A stretch of 62,361 nucleotides of DNA, filler included, from Choristocarpus tenellus KU-1152 (taxonomy: Eukaryota > Protista > Phaeophyceae): assembly GCA_964200185.2 (NCBI GenBank). It is 9 parts of 9 records of this genome, joined end to end, with 100 filler letters (N's around TTAATTAATTAA, not from the genome) between each part and the next. Parts side by side here need not be neighbours in the genome. Positions count along the whole stretch, not along the records: positions 32,097 to 34,925 come from CAXNAD020024379.1; positions 35,026 to 38,632 come from CAXNAD020018989.1; positions 38,733 to 52,592 come from CAXNAD020001344.1; 6 more parts are not named here. The stretch is one strand, 5' to 3'. Shown piece after piece: positions 31,997-44,500 of the stretch. The translations under genes were made by a program, and so were the position numbers. The first letter of the stretch is position 1; the number at the start of each line of letters is the position of its first letter. The notes under the pieces were generated by a model that saw only the letters and a program-made list of their open reading frames with translations, made no database searches and was not told the origin of the DNA.

Positions 31997-32744
31997 NNNN
32001 NNNNNNNNNNNNNNNNNNNNNNNNNNNNNNNNNNNNNNNNTTAATTAATTAANNNNNNNNNNNNNNNNNNNNNNNNNNNNNNNNNNNNNNNNNNNNGGGT
32101 CTCCAATCGATGGGCGTGCCCCCTTCAGGGACAAGTGTTGTGACGACTGCTCTAGGTCCATAGGCAGATTCTTGTGGCTCAGACTCAGGCTCAGGCTCAG
32201 GATTGCAGCTCCGGCTGCATTGCCTCGATTAACTCCGTCATCTTGTCCCAGGGTCCCACTGCTCAATATTTGGCATGGCATACCACAAGTACCCAAAGTA
32301 TCTTCTTGACCTCCGGTTCTTTCTTGTTATCGATCGTCCTATATCTCATGTCTCCTTAGCCTCCAGCTTCCATTTGTGTCGAAGGTGCAGGTCCACTTTG
32401 TTGGGATGACGATGATGATACTATTCTGACAGAAGCTACCACTGAGCGCATATAAGTATTGACATTATATGATGATCGACCTCTTTGTACGAATATCTCA
32501 GTCGTGCCCAAGATATCGTTTGTTGCGATCTGCCTCCCCCCCCACCCTGTCAGATACGCCGATCTGCATTTATCTATTTTCTCGGGCAAGTTGTTGGACT
32601 TGTAACACATCGCATGACAACAACAGGGAGAAGGAGAATAAGGCCACCGTATCTAGAGCAACTGTCATGATGTATTCGGGCAACAGGCGATCTTGGGCAT
32701 TGAGAAGGTCTAGGAGTGAATTGAATTCGAAGCTGGGCGTATGA

Positions 32745-33520
32745 ATGATGTTTGAGCTTCGGGCCATCCGTGGGACCATCCTGAAATCCATGATCCGGAA
32801 AATACGTGCATTAGGGTTTTTAGAAGTTGTAAATCCGATAATATCCGTACTTACAATTTTTTCAAATATGAAGCACATACTTAATTGATCTTGTACATTT
32901 CCAATGTTCCGAAACCAATAGGTAAAAAAAAAACTGACACCCTTTAATTGTTTGAAGTACAAAATCTTAAATTGTTGGACATTTGTATTCATAAAAATAC
33001 TAGAGACGGCAAAAAGCGGCTCTTGAGTTTCGGTGATCCGTTCGGATCACCTAGGCCATTGAAGACCCAAAAGACGTGCATTAGGGTTTTTAGAAATAGT
33101 AAATCCTACTATAACCGTTTTTGAAAATACGAAGCACGTACTTTATAGGTCTCACACGTTTCCAATGTTCAGAAACTACAAGGTCACTTTCAACTGGTAC
33201 CCTACAATTTATTTAAATACTAAAACCACTTTTTGTCGACTTTAGGATTCTTAAAAATACTAGAGTCGACAAAAAGCGACTCTTGAGTTTCGGTGATCCG
33301 TTCGGATCAATAAAACCATTGAAGAGCCAAAACACGTCTGTTAGGGTTTTCACGAAATAATAATAATATTCTATAATCTTTATATCAACAAATAAAAATA
33401 CAAACCACATACCTCATTGATCCAATACGGTTGAAACGTACGAAACGAAAAGGTCACAAAAAACAGATACTCTCTCTTTTCAATATGAAATCGTATGCTG
33501 TTCAATATTCATGTTTTTTA
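32745..33520 (+). repeat. Three diverged ~260-270-bp tandem repeats with an embedded palindrome
   Basis: aaaaatactagag at 32993 and 33253. acgtgcattagggtttt-like at ~32804, ~33074 and ~33334. GGTGATCCG-TT-CGGATCACC at 33032-33051 and a 7-bp-stem version at ~33294-33309. Confidence 0.85.
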
Positions 33521-33689
33521 AAACACAATTATCAACGAAAAGAGAAATGTGAGTTATGAGGACCGACCGACCAGATGAAATAAAGCAGCACCTCCCAGCC
33601 CTCAGTCCTCATTTCAATTCCTTCCCTTCCATACATACCACGTGCACCTGTTATTTATCGATCCCTGTCACACCCTCCCAAGCTTCGCC

Positions 33690-34133
33690 ATGTCCAGCAT
33701 TCGCTCAACAACAACCCACCCGCCCACCGATGGCGCTGCCCACAGACCGAGATCGTGGTACAGCAATGCCAAGGGCATGTCCTCGTTCCTAGAACATCAC
33801 TACCTCAGCACGTACCAGTTGAAACTCAGCAACATCACATGCACGGAGATGCATCCCCTGAGCGAGCATGGCCTTGTGGGTGTCACCAAGTTCATCCGTG
33901 AAAAAGGCTGACAGGAGCAGTTTGCTCCATCTGTCGTCATCCAACGAGACTGCTTAGGCAATGGGGACCAGCTCACCGCCAAAACTTTGCTTGCCATTCA
34001 AGGACGAACACTGGATGGAAACCATAGAATAACGGTGTTGAAGAGAGAGTTTGATCACAAATGCGCTTTCATGATGCGGGTCTACATGGAGTTCAACCAA
34101 GCAGAAGAGATGCTAATTGCCAACGGTGGGTGA
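33690..34133 (+). pseudogene. ParB/Sulfiredoxin-like N-terminal domain ORF with one in-frame TGA (33909-33911)
   Basis: MSSIRS...MHPLSEHGLVGVTKFIREKG*QEQFAPSVVI...GRTLDGNHRITVLKRE...MRVYMEF...LIANG. The S/F-I-x-x-x-G...P-x-V...DGxHR spacing is the ParB/Srx core. Possible splice donor G|gtgggt at 34125/34126. Confidence 0.65.
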
Positions 34134-35025
34134 TGCAGTGTTGTCGTTGTTCCATGATCGCCTGACTCTTCTGATCGACTAAGGAACAAAATAAGTTGAG
34201 TGTTGTCGTTGTTCTATGATTGCTTGATGACTCTTCTGATCTACCAAGTTATTGCCGTGTTTCCTTTGTTTGGTTCATTGTCAGTCAGCTAATTGTTCAT
34301 CTTTTCGTTGTTGATCTTTTTTATCCCTCGTGGTCTTTCTGTCGACTGCAACATGTTGCTCACTACTGCCCGCCACGTGTGTCCCGTGACCGCTTCCCAC
34401 CTACCCCTTGACCCGTTCGCCCACTGCAATGTGTTACAAGTCCAACAACTTGCCTGAGAAAATAGATAAATGCAGATCGGAGTATCTGACAGGGTGGGGT
34501 GGGGGGGGCAAATCGCCACATACAATATCTCGAGCATGACTGAGATATTTGTACAAAGAGGTCAATCATCATATAATGTCAATATTTATATGCGCTCAGT
34601 GGTAGCTTCTTCTTCTACTTGGCGACGATAGCAATATTTGATAAACAACTTAATAATATGGGAAAATAAGACTTCTTCTTCTCAGTCAGTCAACCATCCA
34701 TAATGACGATGAAATGTCGCCCCGAAAAAAAACTACTTCTAAGTACTATTTTTCTCTATCACCTCCACCATCGACAGTCAAACGACTCCACCGACACCAC
34801 TAATTATTCAAGCAAGCAATCCAACGCAGGGCATACATGTGCACGAAGATCAATTGAAATCATTGCCGCCCCCCACACACTGTCCTACTACCACCTTCGG
34901 CATGGATTCCCTTTCAAAAAGGGGCNNNNNNNNNNNNNNNNNNNNNNNNNNNNNNNNNNNNNNNNNNNNTTAATTAATTAANNNNNNNNNNNNNNNNNNN
35001 NNNNNNNNNNNNNNNNNNNNNNNNN

Positions 35026-35089
35026 AGTGAAAATCGAAAAAGGGGTGAAAAACGGATGCCGACATCCCCCCCCCCAGATACTTTGACCC
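35026..35089. mobile_element. Family A-related MITE end (GGGTC subtype); similar ends at 52693-52729 and 59162-59195
   Basis: cccccccccagatactttgaccc and gggtcaaagtatctgggggggg, each at a contig edge. Confidence 0.75.
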
Positions 35090-35867
35090 AGAACTTCATG
35101 ATTGAGTGGCAATAAATGGAACTCGGCACAAGCACACCCCACTGGTAGTGGTGCTGGTATCCACTGAAGTGTAGGGACGTGCCTGTCTATGGCTTGTTCA
35201 TTCCTGGCTTGGAATCTAGGGAGTGGAGACCCCATTGGAAAACCTTAGGCCTGTCCTTCTTTCTTCATAGGAATCGGACCTTGGTACCGGTGTAGGTGTT
35301 TTCTGGGACGGATAGGTGTATGGATGGCTGAAATTCCATTCCTGCTCTCGAGTCCCCCAGTTCTAGATACTTGCATTTCTTCTTTCTTCTACAAAATTTC
35401 TTCCCTGCCCTACAACCCCTGATCACGGGTTGCAAAATATCAAACTATTTGGGTCAAATGTTGCATTACAGTGGTGTATTTTGTCCAAGTTGCTTCTGGG
35501 AGCAATTGCAAGCGAGGCCTGTCACTGTCAAAGTTCTAGGAAGCATATTCTATCTTAGCTAGACTCTCCCACCCATCCAATATTTCAGTACTCCATTCCT
35601 TTGTGCTGATCAAGAGGAAATTCTGAAGATATTTAACTTCCCCACAACAAGCTATATTGAAAACATGCCATCTCAAGAATTCCTAACTTTTGTGTGGAGT
35701 GACGAAATGTATCTATTGTTCGCATATACTTCCGCATCACAGAAGAGTGTCCCACACATCCCCTACCCAATAAACAGAAATGCCAGATTGTGAAAAAAAA
35801 ACAATGTCCACAAACTTCAAGCTGCGTCAATATTGTTTAACCACTAGAGACACAGTCAAAGCCCTAA

Positions 35868-36386
35868 GAGTCAAAGTATCTTAGAGGGTAGAGCCGCATC
35901 CATTTGGGGGCCAAAACCAATGTTGCTATTTTGATGTCATTTTTGGCTATCATGTTGTTAGGGAATATCAATATCCTTGTTCCGGACATACATTTCATAA
36001 TATACACATGAGTCAAAGTATCTTAGAGGGTACGAGTTTTTCCCTGTTTGTCCATTGGGGGCTTGGCTTTCCACGGGTTTTTAATGATATTCTACCTACT
36101 ACAAATTTTTCGAAGGAGGTGAAATGTGTATGTTATGAAAGGTGCGCCCGGAACAAGGATATTGACATCTCCTAACAAACATGATAGTCAAAATTTCATA
36201 ATAAATTGCAACATTGAATTTCGGTCCGCAAATGGACGCGACTCTACCCTCTGAGATAATATAACTCACATTTTACATACTCCAAAACAATTCGGAGTAG
36301 GTAAAATGTCAATAAAAACCCATGGGAAGCCAAGCCCCTAATGGACAAACAGGGAAAAACTCGTACCCTCTAAGATACTTTCATTC
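35868..36386. mobile_element. Family B MITE with a second family B copy (36010-36267) nested in opposite orientation
   Basis: Both start GAGTCAAAGTATCTTAGAGGGTA; the inner copy is flanked by TSD ACAT. Confidence 0.9.
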
Positions 36387-36443
36387 TAACCTTTTTGTGT
36401 GGCTAGGCAAAAGGTACTTTCACTCTCTATCCACCTGCCCTAC

Positions 36444-37644
36444 CTCCTGACCACCCTTGAACAGGGGTTCCCTCCAAGTCAGTATCGCCTTGTCAGCCTC
36501 AACACTTTCGAGTTGGAAAAACTCTGGTGTCGAGGGCAGATCAGGAGCTACGCAAGGAGGGTGGGGGGAAAGGCGGGGTTGACAGACAGTCCTGAGTATC
36601 GAGATGCAAAGGTCTTATGAAAAAAATGATTTTCCATTCCATCACCTCAAGTGTGTTCTCTGCAACAAGCGTTGAATCACTAATAGGCAAGAATTGACTA
36701 AAGTAGAATGCATCCTTAACTCTGTCCTAAACACTAAACATGATCTAGATCCTAGTTCTATTTGGGCGGAGTCTAGGCCCTAACCCTAACCGTGTTCACA
36801 GAGAAAAATAGTGAGAGGGGGGAATCAGACTCTACTACTGCTTTTTTCCACACTTGTTGCTGTCTTGCCTTGCAAGAATTCACTGCATATTTTTGAATTC
36901 AAAGAAAAGACTTTGGTGTGTAAGCAAGCAAGTAACACATCACAGGGATGTTTTTCGAGGATGCAATCTCATTGCCTATGGAATGGCTTCATTACGAGCT
37001 GCAATCTCTGACTCGCTCACTCACACATACACACACACACACACACTGTTTCGACCACTATAGTTAGACAAGAAATAATATATACAGGTGGTGACCGATA
37101 CTCCCAGGTAGGCCCCTTTCACGGTTCTGGAGCTTATCAAGAGCCGTGGAAATAAATTGTACTCTAAATTCACCCTTGATAGAGAGTGCTTTATTCAGCA
37201 AAATAGACTTCAGAAGGAGGTGGTGTGACCATTTCATCCGATGCTCTTTCAAGTGACCCTTGAGGAAAACAGAGAAAGAAGACATCATGTTGTCATTTAG
37301 TGACCTCTTCAAGATGTGGGTTCTGAGCTGGCAGTGGGGGAGGATCAAGGCTTTTAGCTGTGAGGTGGCCTCAGCCCTGGTATGCCCTGGACAAACTAAC
37401 TGATTGCTACTCAGGAGTTGATTCAATCCGTTTCCCCGCACAAACTGGGTGCTTAGATGTTGGAGGGGTAGTTAACGGAGTTTGTAGTATCTCACCATGT
37501 GTCCAGACTCCGTCAACAACATTGCTGGGGTCACTCCAACCCTTCTCATTCTTGCACTTTACTGATATCCCTACCAAGTGCGTTTTGGCAAGGAGGCCTT
37601 CCAGGGTGAAGCCTGTCTTGGCTATAGGCCTCGCCTTGTACCAC
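36444..37644 (-). CDS. Fibronectin type III domain protein, two internal exons
   Basis: Exons 37644-37496 and 36547-36444 (phase-1 junction) give GFTLEGLLAKTHLVGISVKCKNEKGWSDPSN...THAPDLPSTPEFFQLESVEADKAILTWREPLFKGGQE, the end of one FN3 domain and the start of the next. Confidence 0.78.
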
Positions 37645-38297
37645 CTGTGCAATTGTATGTTGGTTATTGGTGTGGTTCAGAGGGTATTTTTTTGTCACAC
37701 TAACTAGGTGGTAGCTATAGGGTTGGGAGTGATACTCCAGAGTATAATCTAGGTGGGAGGTGTCACTGAATATGAAGGCCTCCTATAACTGACTTTTGTT
37801 GTGTATGTATCCTGAGCACTGTGGAGGACATTTTTCAATAACAATTGTATGTTCACAGCTAATATTCTTCTATTGCCACACAATCCAAGGGTGGGTTAAC
37901 TCCATCTTTGGCCTGGTTATGGTGATGTACTGTATATTACACAAGCTTCAAAGGCCTTGAAGGCACAAAATCAACCCCGTCTTAAACTGATTCACTCCTT
38001 GAAACGCACCCCGGGGGTATGTAGCGTACCCACCGGAAGAGAACACAGAGATGCCGGTGAAATGCACATGTGATGAGATAGTGATGTGTGGGATGGAGGT
38101 AAATTTTAGAAGATAGATTTTGAGCATTATACATGTTTCTTTGGGGTGTGGACCCTGGCAATGCTTTGTACTCCATACTTCCTGCAGTGGGGGGAATACC
38201 TAAATTGACACTTGTACAGACTACGGATTACAGCAGTGCCTCGATTAGGAAAATGCCCAACCTTAGGGATAGGGGGACAACTTGTTAAATCTGTCTG

Positions 38298-38331
<34 letters not shown>

Positions 38332-38427
38332 CTCCCTTGTGTCCATGCTCATATATATATATCTATATGTTAATACATTCCTGTCATATCCACTAGAGAG
38401 TACCATGAATAAGGAGGTCAAGCAATC

Positions 38428-38632
38428 GAATGAAAATATCTTAGGGTTAGGGTACGATTTCTGCCCTGTTTGTCCATTTGGAACTTGACTTCCCACAGGT
38501 TTTTTATGACATTTTACCTACTCCAAGATGTTCCGGAGTAGGTAAAATGTATCCATTATGAAAAGGTGTGGGCGGAACAAGGGTATTGACACCTTCTAAC
38601 AAACATAATAGCAAAAATTTCATCAAAATTGC
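38428..38632. mobile_element. Family B MITE truncated by a contig end, with TTAGGG units in its TIR
   Basis: gaatgaaaatatcTTAGGGTTAGGGtacga versus the family consensus gagtcaaagtatcttagagggtacga. Confidence 0.8.
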
Positions 38633-39010
38633 NNNNNNNNNNNNNNNNNNNNNNNNNNNNNNNNNNNNNNNNNNNNTTAATTAATTAANNNNNNNNNNNN
38701 NNNNNNNNNNNNNNNNNNNNNNNNNNNNNNNNCCTTCCCCTTCACCCCTCACAGTACAGGGCAGCCACAAGGGCATAATTACCATTACCATCTCCCCTAC
38801 ATTCACTAATTGTTCCTCTTCCCCCCCCCCCCCCCCACGCACGCACTATTGTGATGAACCTCTTGTACCCACACTTTTACCCTCTGGTGTACCCCTACAA
38901 GCCATCCTGTCTCAAGCTGCGCATCAGTCGTCCCCCTGGGTCCCCTCACCACCCTGACGAGGCCTTCGTCCCATTTCAGCCGCCCCCTTCCCTGCCCGCT
39001 CAGCACGCAC

Positions 39011-39637
39011 CTCCCTCAGCCGCTGCTTCAGTCCTTCACGCATCGAAGCAAGTCGACTCTCCATCTGTCGCCTCAAGTGCTCCTTCTCCTATGTACAAGG
39101 GTTCGGAAGGGGTACAGGAGGAAAAGACACACCACCAATACAGGCAAAATAGAACAGAGGGCAAAAGAAGTTGGCCACCCTATCAACAGCACACGTACAC
39201 GATAAAAGAATATAACCATCCATACACACAATCCCCTACCCCTGCCCTTGCCTCTCAAATACCAAATCCCCCACCTCTAAGAAAGCAAAACATATGTTCC
39301 AATCCTTGAACCCCTCTCCACTTCCCCTCCCCCCACCTCTGCCAGTGCCATTTCCATCTCCTTGCGGATGCGTTCTGCCTCTGCAGTCCTCACCCTCTCT
39401 GCCTGCTCAAACGCCTCCTCAGCCTCTGCTTTTGCCCGAGACGCCGTACTGGTCGCCTCTCCAAGCTTGATTGAGATCTCTGCGGTCTCCCCTCTTTGCT
39501 TTGTTAACTCTTCTTCCAGAGCAACTGGATTTATTTATTTTTGCATAGGATTTGAAGGGCAAACAAGAGACGCCATCATTGTGACCAAGGCATACACAAA
39601 TAAGTGCATGCATGTATGTATGTATATATGTATATAA

Positions 39638-39672
<35 letters not shown>

Positions 39673-40839
39673 CACGTGGATGGGTTCGGACCAAGGGGTC
39701 TGTTAGAGAGGTAGAAGGGGTAGGTACAATGCATGAGTAGGTGTTGCCATCACAGAAAATCCATTTACTTCAGTCGGAAATAGAACTTGATAAGGTAGGG
39801 GTAGAGAAAGGATGGAAGGGGAGGGAGGGGGGAGAGATACGATACACAGACTTGTGCAATGCCAAATTGTTCCAACTAATGAGGTGCAAAAGATTTCACA
39901 GTCCATCCCTGTCTACCCCAGTGCTGGCAACAAGAGTGAGTACGCTTCCGAGCGTGGTGCTGATGAGGTCTCTGCCTGTTGCACTCACGCACAAGACTGC
40001 ATCCATCCAAACCGCAAAAATCAATTCCGTTCCAGATCGGGATTGACCTTCAAAGGCACAAAATTCCTACGCTGATCAACCTCAAAATCAAGAGGGTTTA
40101 TTGGAACAAGTAGACATCCCATCTGCAGGTTGAGGATACATGGGCAATTTGCGCATGGATGCACACAGTTGGCTGTGCATTTGGGAAACATGGAGTGCCT
40201 CATGCACTTACCTGCTCTTGCTTGCTCCTTCCTCAGCATCGCGTCTAAACCCGCCTTCTCCTGCAAAGCCTGCCCATAAATATGAAACCCATGAAGAGAT
40301 CAAGAGCTGGTGTGAAGAGAGTGATGCTATCATTGAGGGACAGGAGACATGGCAAAATAATCCAACATCTTTTCCAGTAGCAGAAGCATGGTTGTCCAAT
40401 TCAGCCAAAAAGACACATTTGCCCCCACAACATCACCTACCCCTCTAAACGTTGTCATCATTGCACTAAAACCAAAGAGTTCCATCGGGATGTAAGAGGA
40501 CATTGGTCATGCCCTGATTGTTTTACGTATCGGGAGGACCATGACGTACATGCAATACTCCCAAACACATCACATCACATCACATCACATCACAGGCTCT
40601 GAATGAGGGTTAAAAGCAGCCAGGCCTTGACAGCAACAAATGACAACATTAGTTATGTTGGTAGTATCATTGAATGTAAAGATGAACATGGAAAGCAGCG
40701 ACATGACTTTTCAGTGTAGTGCATGATACAAAATACCATTTCGTGCCTGTTCCAATGAATCCCTTGCGACCTCGAGGTCAGAGCTCAGCTGTTGGACCAG
40801 TTCAGTTGCCTCCTTCTCATTCTTCTCAACAACAACAAA

Positions 40840-40875
<36 letters not shown>

Positions 40876-41556
40876 AATCCAATAAGCACAGGTGGTGAGG
40901 GGAAAGAGCAATGAGAAGGGGCCTCAGGAAGAAAAGAGGGGCTACATGTTAAGAGCAGTGTTTTTAGCATGGAGGGCAGTACCCAGAAGATGAACCCCAT
41001 CCAACAATGAAGGGAAAAAGCTACCCAACAAAAAACCAACATTCCCTACTTTAAAGAGTAAATTAAGAGTTTCATTCATTCATGAAAATAGTTAACTATT
41101 GTCAAGTAATCGCCCGACTCTTGCAGCAATAGGGGTAGAGGAGCGGTGGAGGGAGAGGGGCGGAAAACAGTCAGGTCTTCGACTTGAGCAAGGTTGGCAC
41201 AAAACAAAAATAGTGTTGTCCAAGCAAGTATCCTCCAAAAACAAACAATAGCAGCAGTGGTCTGCCAAAACATACTCAGCAAGGAGAGAGTTCGCTGGTT
41301 ATCCTCCTCTCAAAAATAGCTTTTCACTTCACCTAGGCATCAGTACACGTGAACCTCACTTCTTACTTGTGGTGAGGTACAACACACTCTTGAGGTACAA
41401 GTTATTAATAGTGGAAATGTTGAAAAAAACCACACAAAATTTTGTCAAAGGCAAATAAATGTCGAAGGGAAGAGGGAAGAAAATAAGCTTTGTGTATGTA
41501 GCTTGTAAGAGAGGGTCCACTGTTATCCTACCCATGAGAACCCAAACCATGCTGAT

Positions 41557-41594
<38 letters not shown>

Positions 41595-44500
41595 GTAATT
41601 GATCTCTCTCTAACACAATATTTTACCCAACTTGGGACCACAAATACACTTAGTATCTTTGCTTTGCTTGTATAGAAATTCAAGCATCAAATGTCAGATT
41701 TCAAAATTTCACATGACCCTGGCTTAACTGTACAAGCTGCTCAGGATCACCTCTTACCCCCTACTCCACGTTTAACTCCAATACAATCCACCACGTTTCC
41801 TGTGCCCCACAGCATATAATTGAATGTGTTCACCCTCCTCACACATAAGAGCAACAGCAAATCTCAAGTACAAGTACTCTCAAAACAGCACCACAGACAT
41901 AGAACACCATCCCTGGCTAGAACTCAAACCAAGCAAACAGGATCGCTACCCTGACAGGATTCATGTCTGTCCTGTGTAATCATCACTCATACTGGAAAGC
42001 ACCTCAAGTTCACGGCACTCATATCACCCCTGGCATTGACACTCTAGCAAACACTTGTCCTGAGACTCCATGCTGGTAATCTCATCCTTATCATCAATGA
42101 AACAGCCATGCCTATCACACCTTCTCACACCTGGGTTCAGGCAAAACCCACAAAGATTAGTACATGCTAACTCCATCCGTCTTGACTGCCCTCAGAGGTA
42201 ACATGCTGCATTGTGTGCATTGCTCACTAGAGCGCATCAAAGCTACATCAACCCACTCTCCTTTGCCATACCCAAATCATGGCGGAGGGCAGTGTACTTG
42301 ACTGCAAAGGTGAAAAAAAAAATTCGGTTCGTATGGCGTTCTGAGGTGAAAAACGTTTCATACGGAGCACCATACAATGTACACTATTGAAGAAAAGACG
42401 AGGTGATACTGATTCAACACAACGTTGAAGTCTCTTCACCACACCAGGCTGTACATCACATCCACACAGGGTACCTTTAGACGTAGACAAGTTTGTTCCA
42501 CAAAACTGCAGTAATTGGGAGTGGATAAGGAGCTCGACGAGCATCAAAACAAGAATCCATGACCAATTATTGCACACTAAAGAGGTCACAAGCATGTGGA
42601 ACAGGTGTACATGTGTAGCCAATAGAAAGAATGACCTGAGTTAGCAACTACATACAACCAACTACTTATTAACCACAGGTCACACACGCACACACACACA
42701 ACCCTACCACCAATAAAAACTCAGGTTGACAACAACATGTACCCTGACGAAAAAACTCCTGTCATCAGCTATTTTCCGTTTCCAATATGCAAACATTAAC
42801 ATATATTCACACACACACCTACAGAAGTGCAATAGACCATAGAGCCTTGGTCAAATAAGACCAAAAATGTAACATCCATATCGACACATTGTCTGTTCCC
42901 AAATAGTCCACGCATCCCTCCCACTTATCCCTCAACTGGTTGTTAAGACAGGATACAATTTTCGTAAACATGCACCTGCATTGTTGTTTTCATGACCTTA
43001 GCAGTCTCTGCCTTGATCCTTTCAAGCATACCTTCCTCCAGCTCTCGCTTCTCTAGCAAAACCTACCGTGTAGAAGAGGAATTGGACAGGAGAGAGCAGT
43101 GGTGGGAAAGGGGGTTGGAGGCAGCACAGGATACGGAATAAGGTGTCAAGGCTGTATTCAGATGGCAGAGGAGTGTGACACAGTAACTATATCAACTGTA
43201 CTCAATTTGTGCCGTAGCCCAGGAGCACCAAGAGGATCAACTCACACATTTGGACATGCCAAATAGTAGTACAATCAGACAATGAATACTGGCACGATAC
43301 CTTGATCCTCAAGTGTTGCTCACATCACCATCTCCACCCCTCCCCTATTGGGAGGGAGGGGGGACTTGGAGATTGTACCTGATCAAGGTGCACTTGCAGG
43401 GTCTTTGCATACTCTTTCAGCTCCCTTTCCTCAGCACGTTTGCTAGCCTTAACCTCCTTTGCAATCGATGTGATCCGCCTTCGGTCCTTCTCTAGGATCT
43501 GCGTAGGAGGAGGGATCAACCACAATCAAGAGGGTCAGAAATTGGGTGTGAAACTGGAGCATGACTCCACTTTTTCATCTTTGTCCACAGCTGATTCAAA
43601 GTCTCTTAACTTCCAGATGTAGAAGCCCCCTGGCATGTATCAACACATGGAACCAGGAGGCTATAATAGCATAGCTAAAAAGACATAGGACGCAGAAGAG
43701 TGTTGCTAAGGTATGATGATCGCACCAGTAGCTGCTCCTCCAGGTCCCTAATCTTCTCCTGCTGAGTGGTGAGCTCTCTCTCCTGTGCCACAGGGTGATT
43801 CCTCCTCCAAAACTTGATTCCAGCCACCCCACAGATAACGCTCATGACAACACCAGCAAGCGACCCTGGCAGCTTGACATCATGACTGCTGGCAGTGGGG
43901 CAGTTGCTGCTTCTCCAAAAACATGGGAAGGGGAGGGGAAGACGATGTGGTTGAATCCATCGAAGATATGATCATCAATTTTGCACTTGAGCAACAACAT
44001 CCTAAGCCAGCAGCTTTGTGAGCATTGGGGAAAGAGACATGCAAAAAAGGATACTCTTATCGGACTCTCTCCGTCTATCTTGTTCCTCACCTTTCTACAC
44101 CACCACATTTGTTGTTGTGCTTCTGTTGGATAGGCACCACGTCAGCTGTGTGAGGTTCAGCTAGATCAGAGTATGTCTCCTCTGCATTCCCAACGTCCTC
44201 TGCCTCCCCTTCCGCAGTTTTGCTTTCTGTCTCACTTAGCTCGCCATCACTCGCCGATTCAGCATCGGATTCGGTACCTTCATAGTCGAAGTCCTCAGGG
44301 AACTCGTCAAACAAATCGTCATCTCGAAACCAGCCACCTCCTCCTCTCACCAATAGCGAGTCGACGCAACCGTTCCCAAACTTACAGAAGGACCTTGGGA
44401 AGTAACTGATGAAAGAGCGCAGCGGAATGGGCAATAAGTGCTTCACAGAACTGGTTTACTTCTCCACAGTGCCAGACAGATGGGGTTACACTACTCCTAC

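Larger units (their letters stand above)
32431..34610. mobile_element. 2.18-kb element bounded by ~185-bp terminal inverted repeats (32431-32614 and 34425-34610)
   Basis: AGAAGCTACCACTGAGCGCATATAA... at 32431 and ...TTATATGCGCTCAGTGGTAGCTTCT ending at 34610. The arms are about 90% identical by manual comparison; there is no clean TSD. Confidence 0.8.

Noticed and set aside
32097-32400. Coding-looking minus-strand segment (PEPEPESEPQ) left of the TIR
   Set aside because: It has multiple stops, is truncated by the contig edge and matches no recognisable family.
33909-33911. TGA as selenocysteine or an alternative genetic code
   Set aside because: No SECIS was identified and the position favours Trp, so TGG>TGA decay is simpler. 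Host genes use TGG for Trp.
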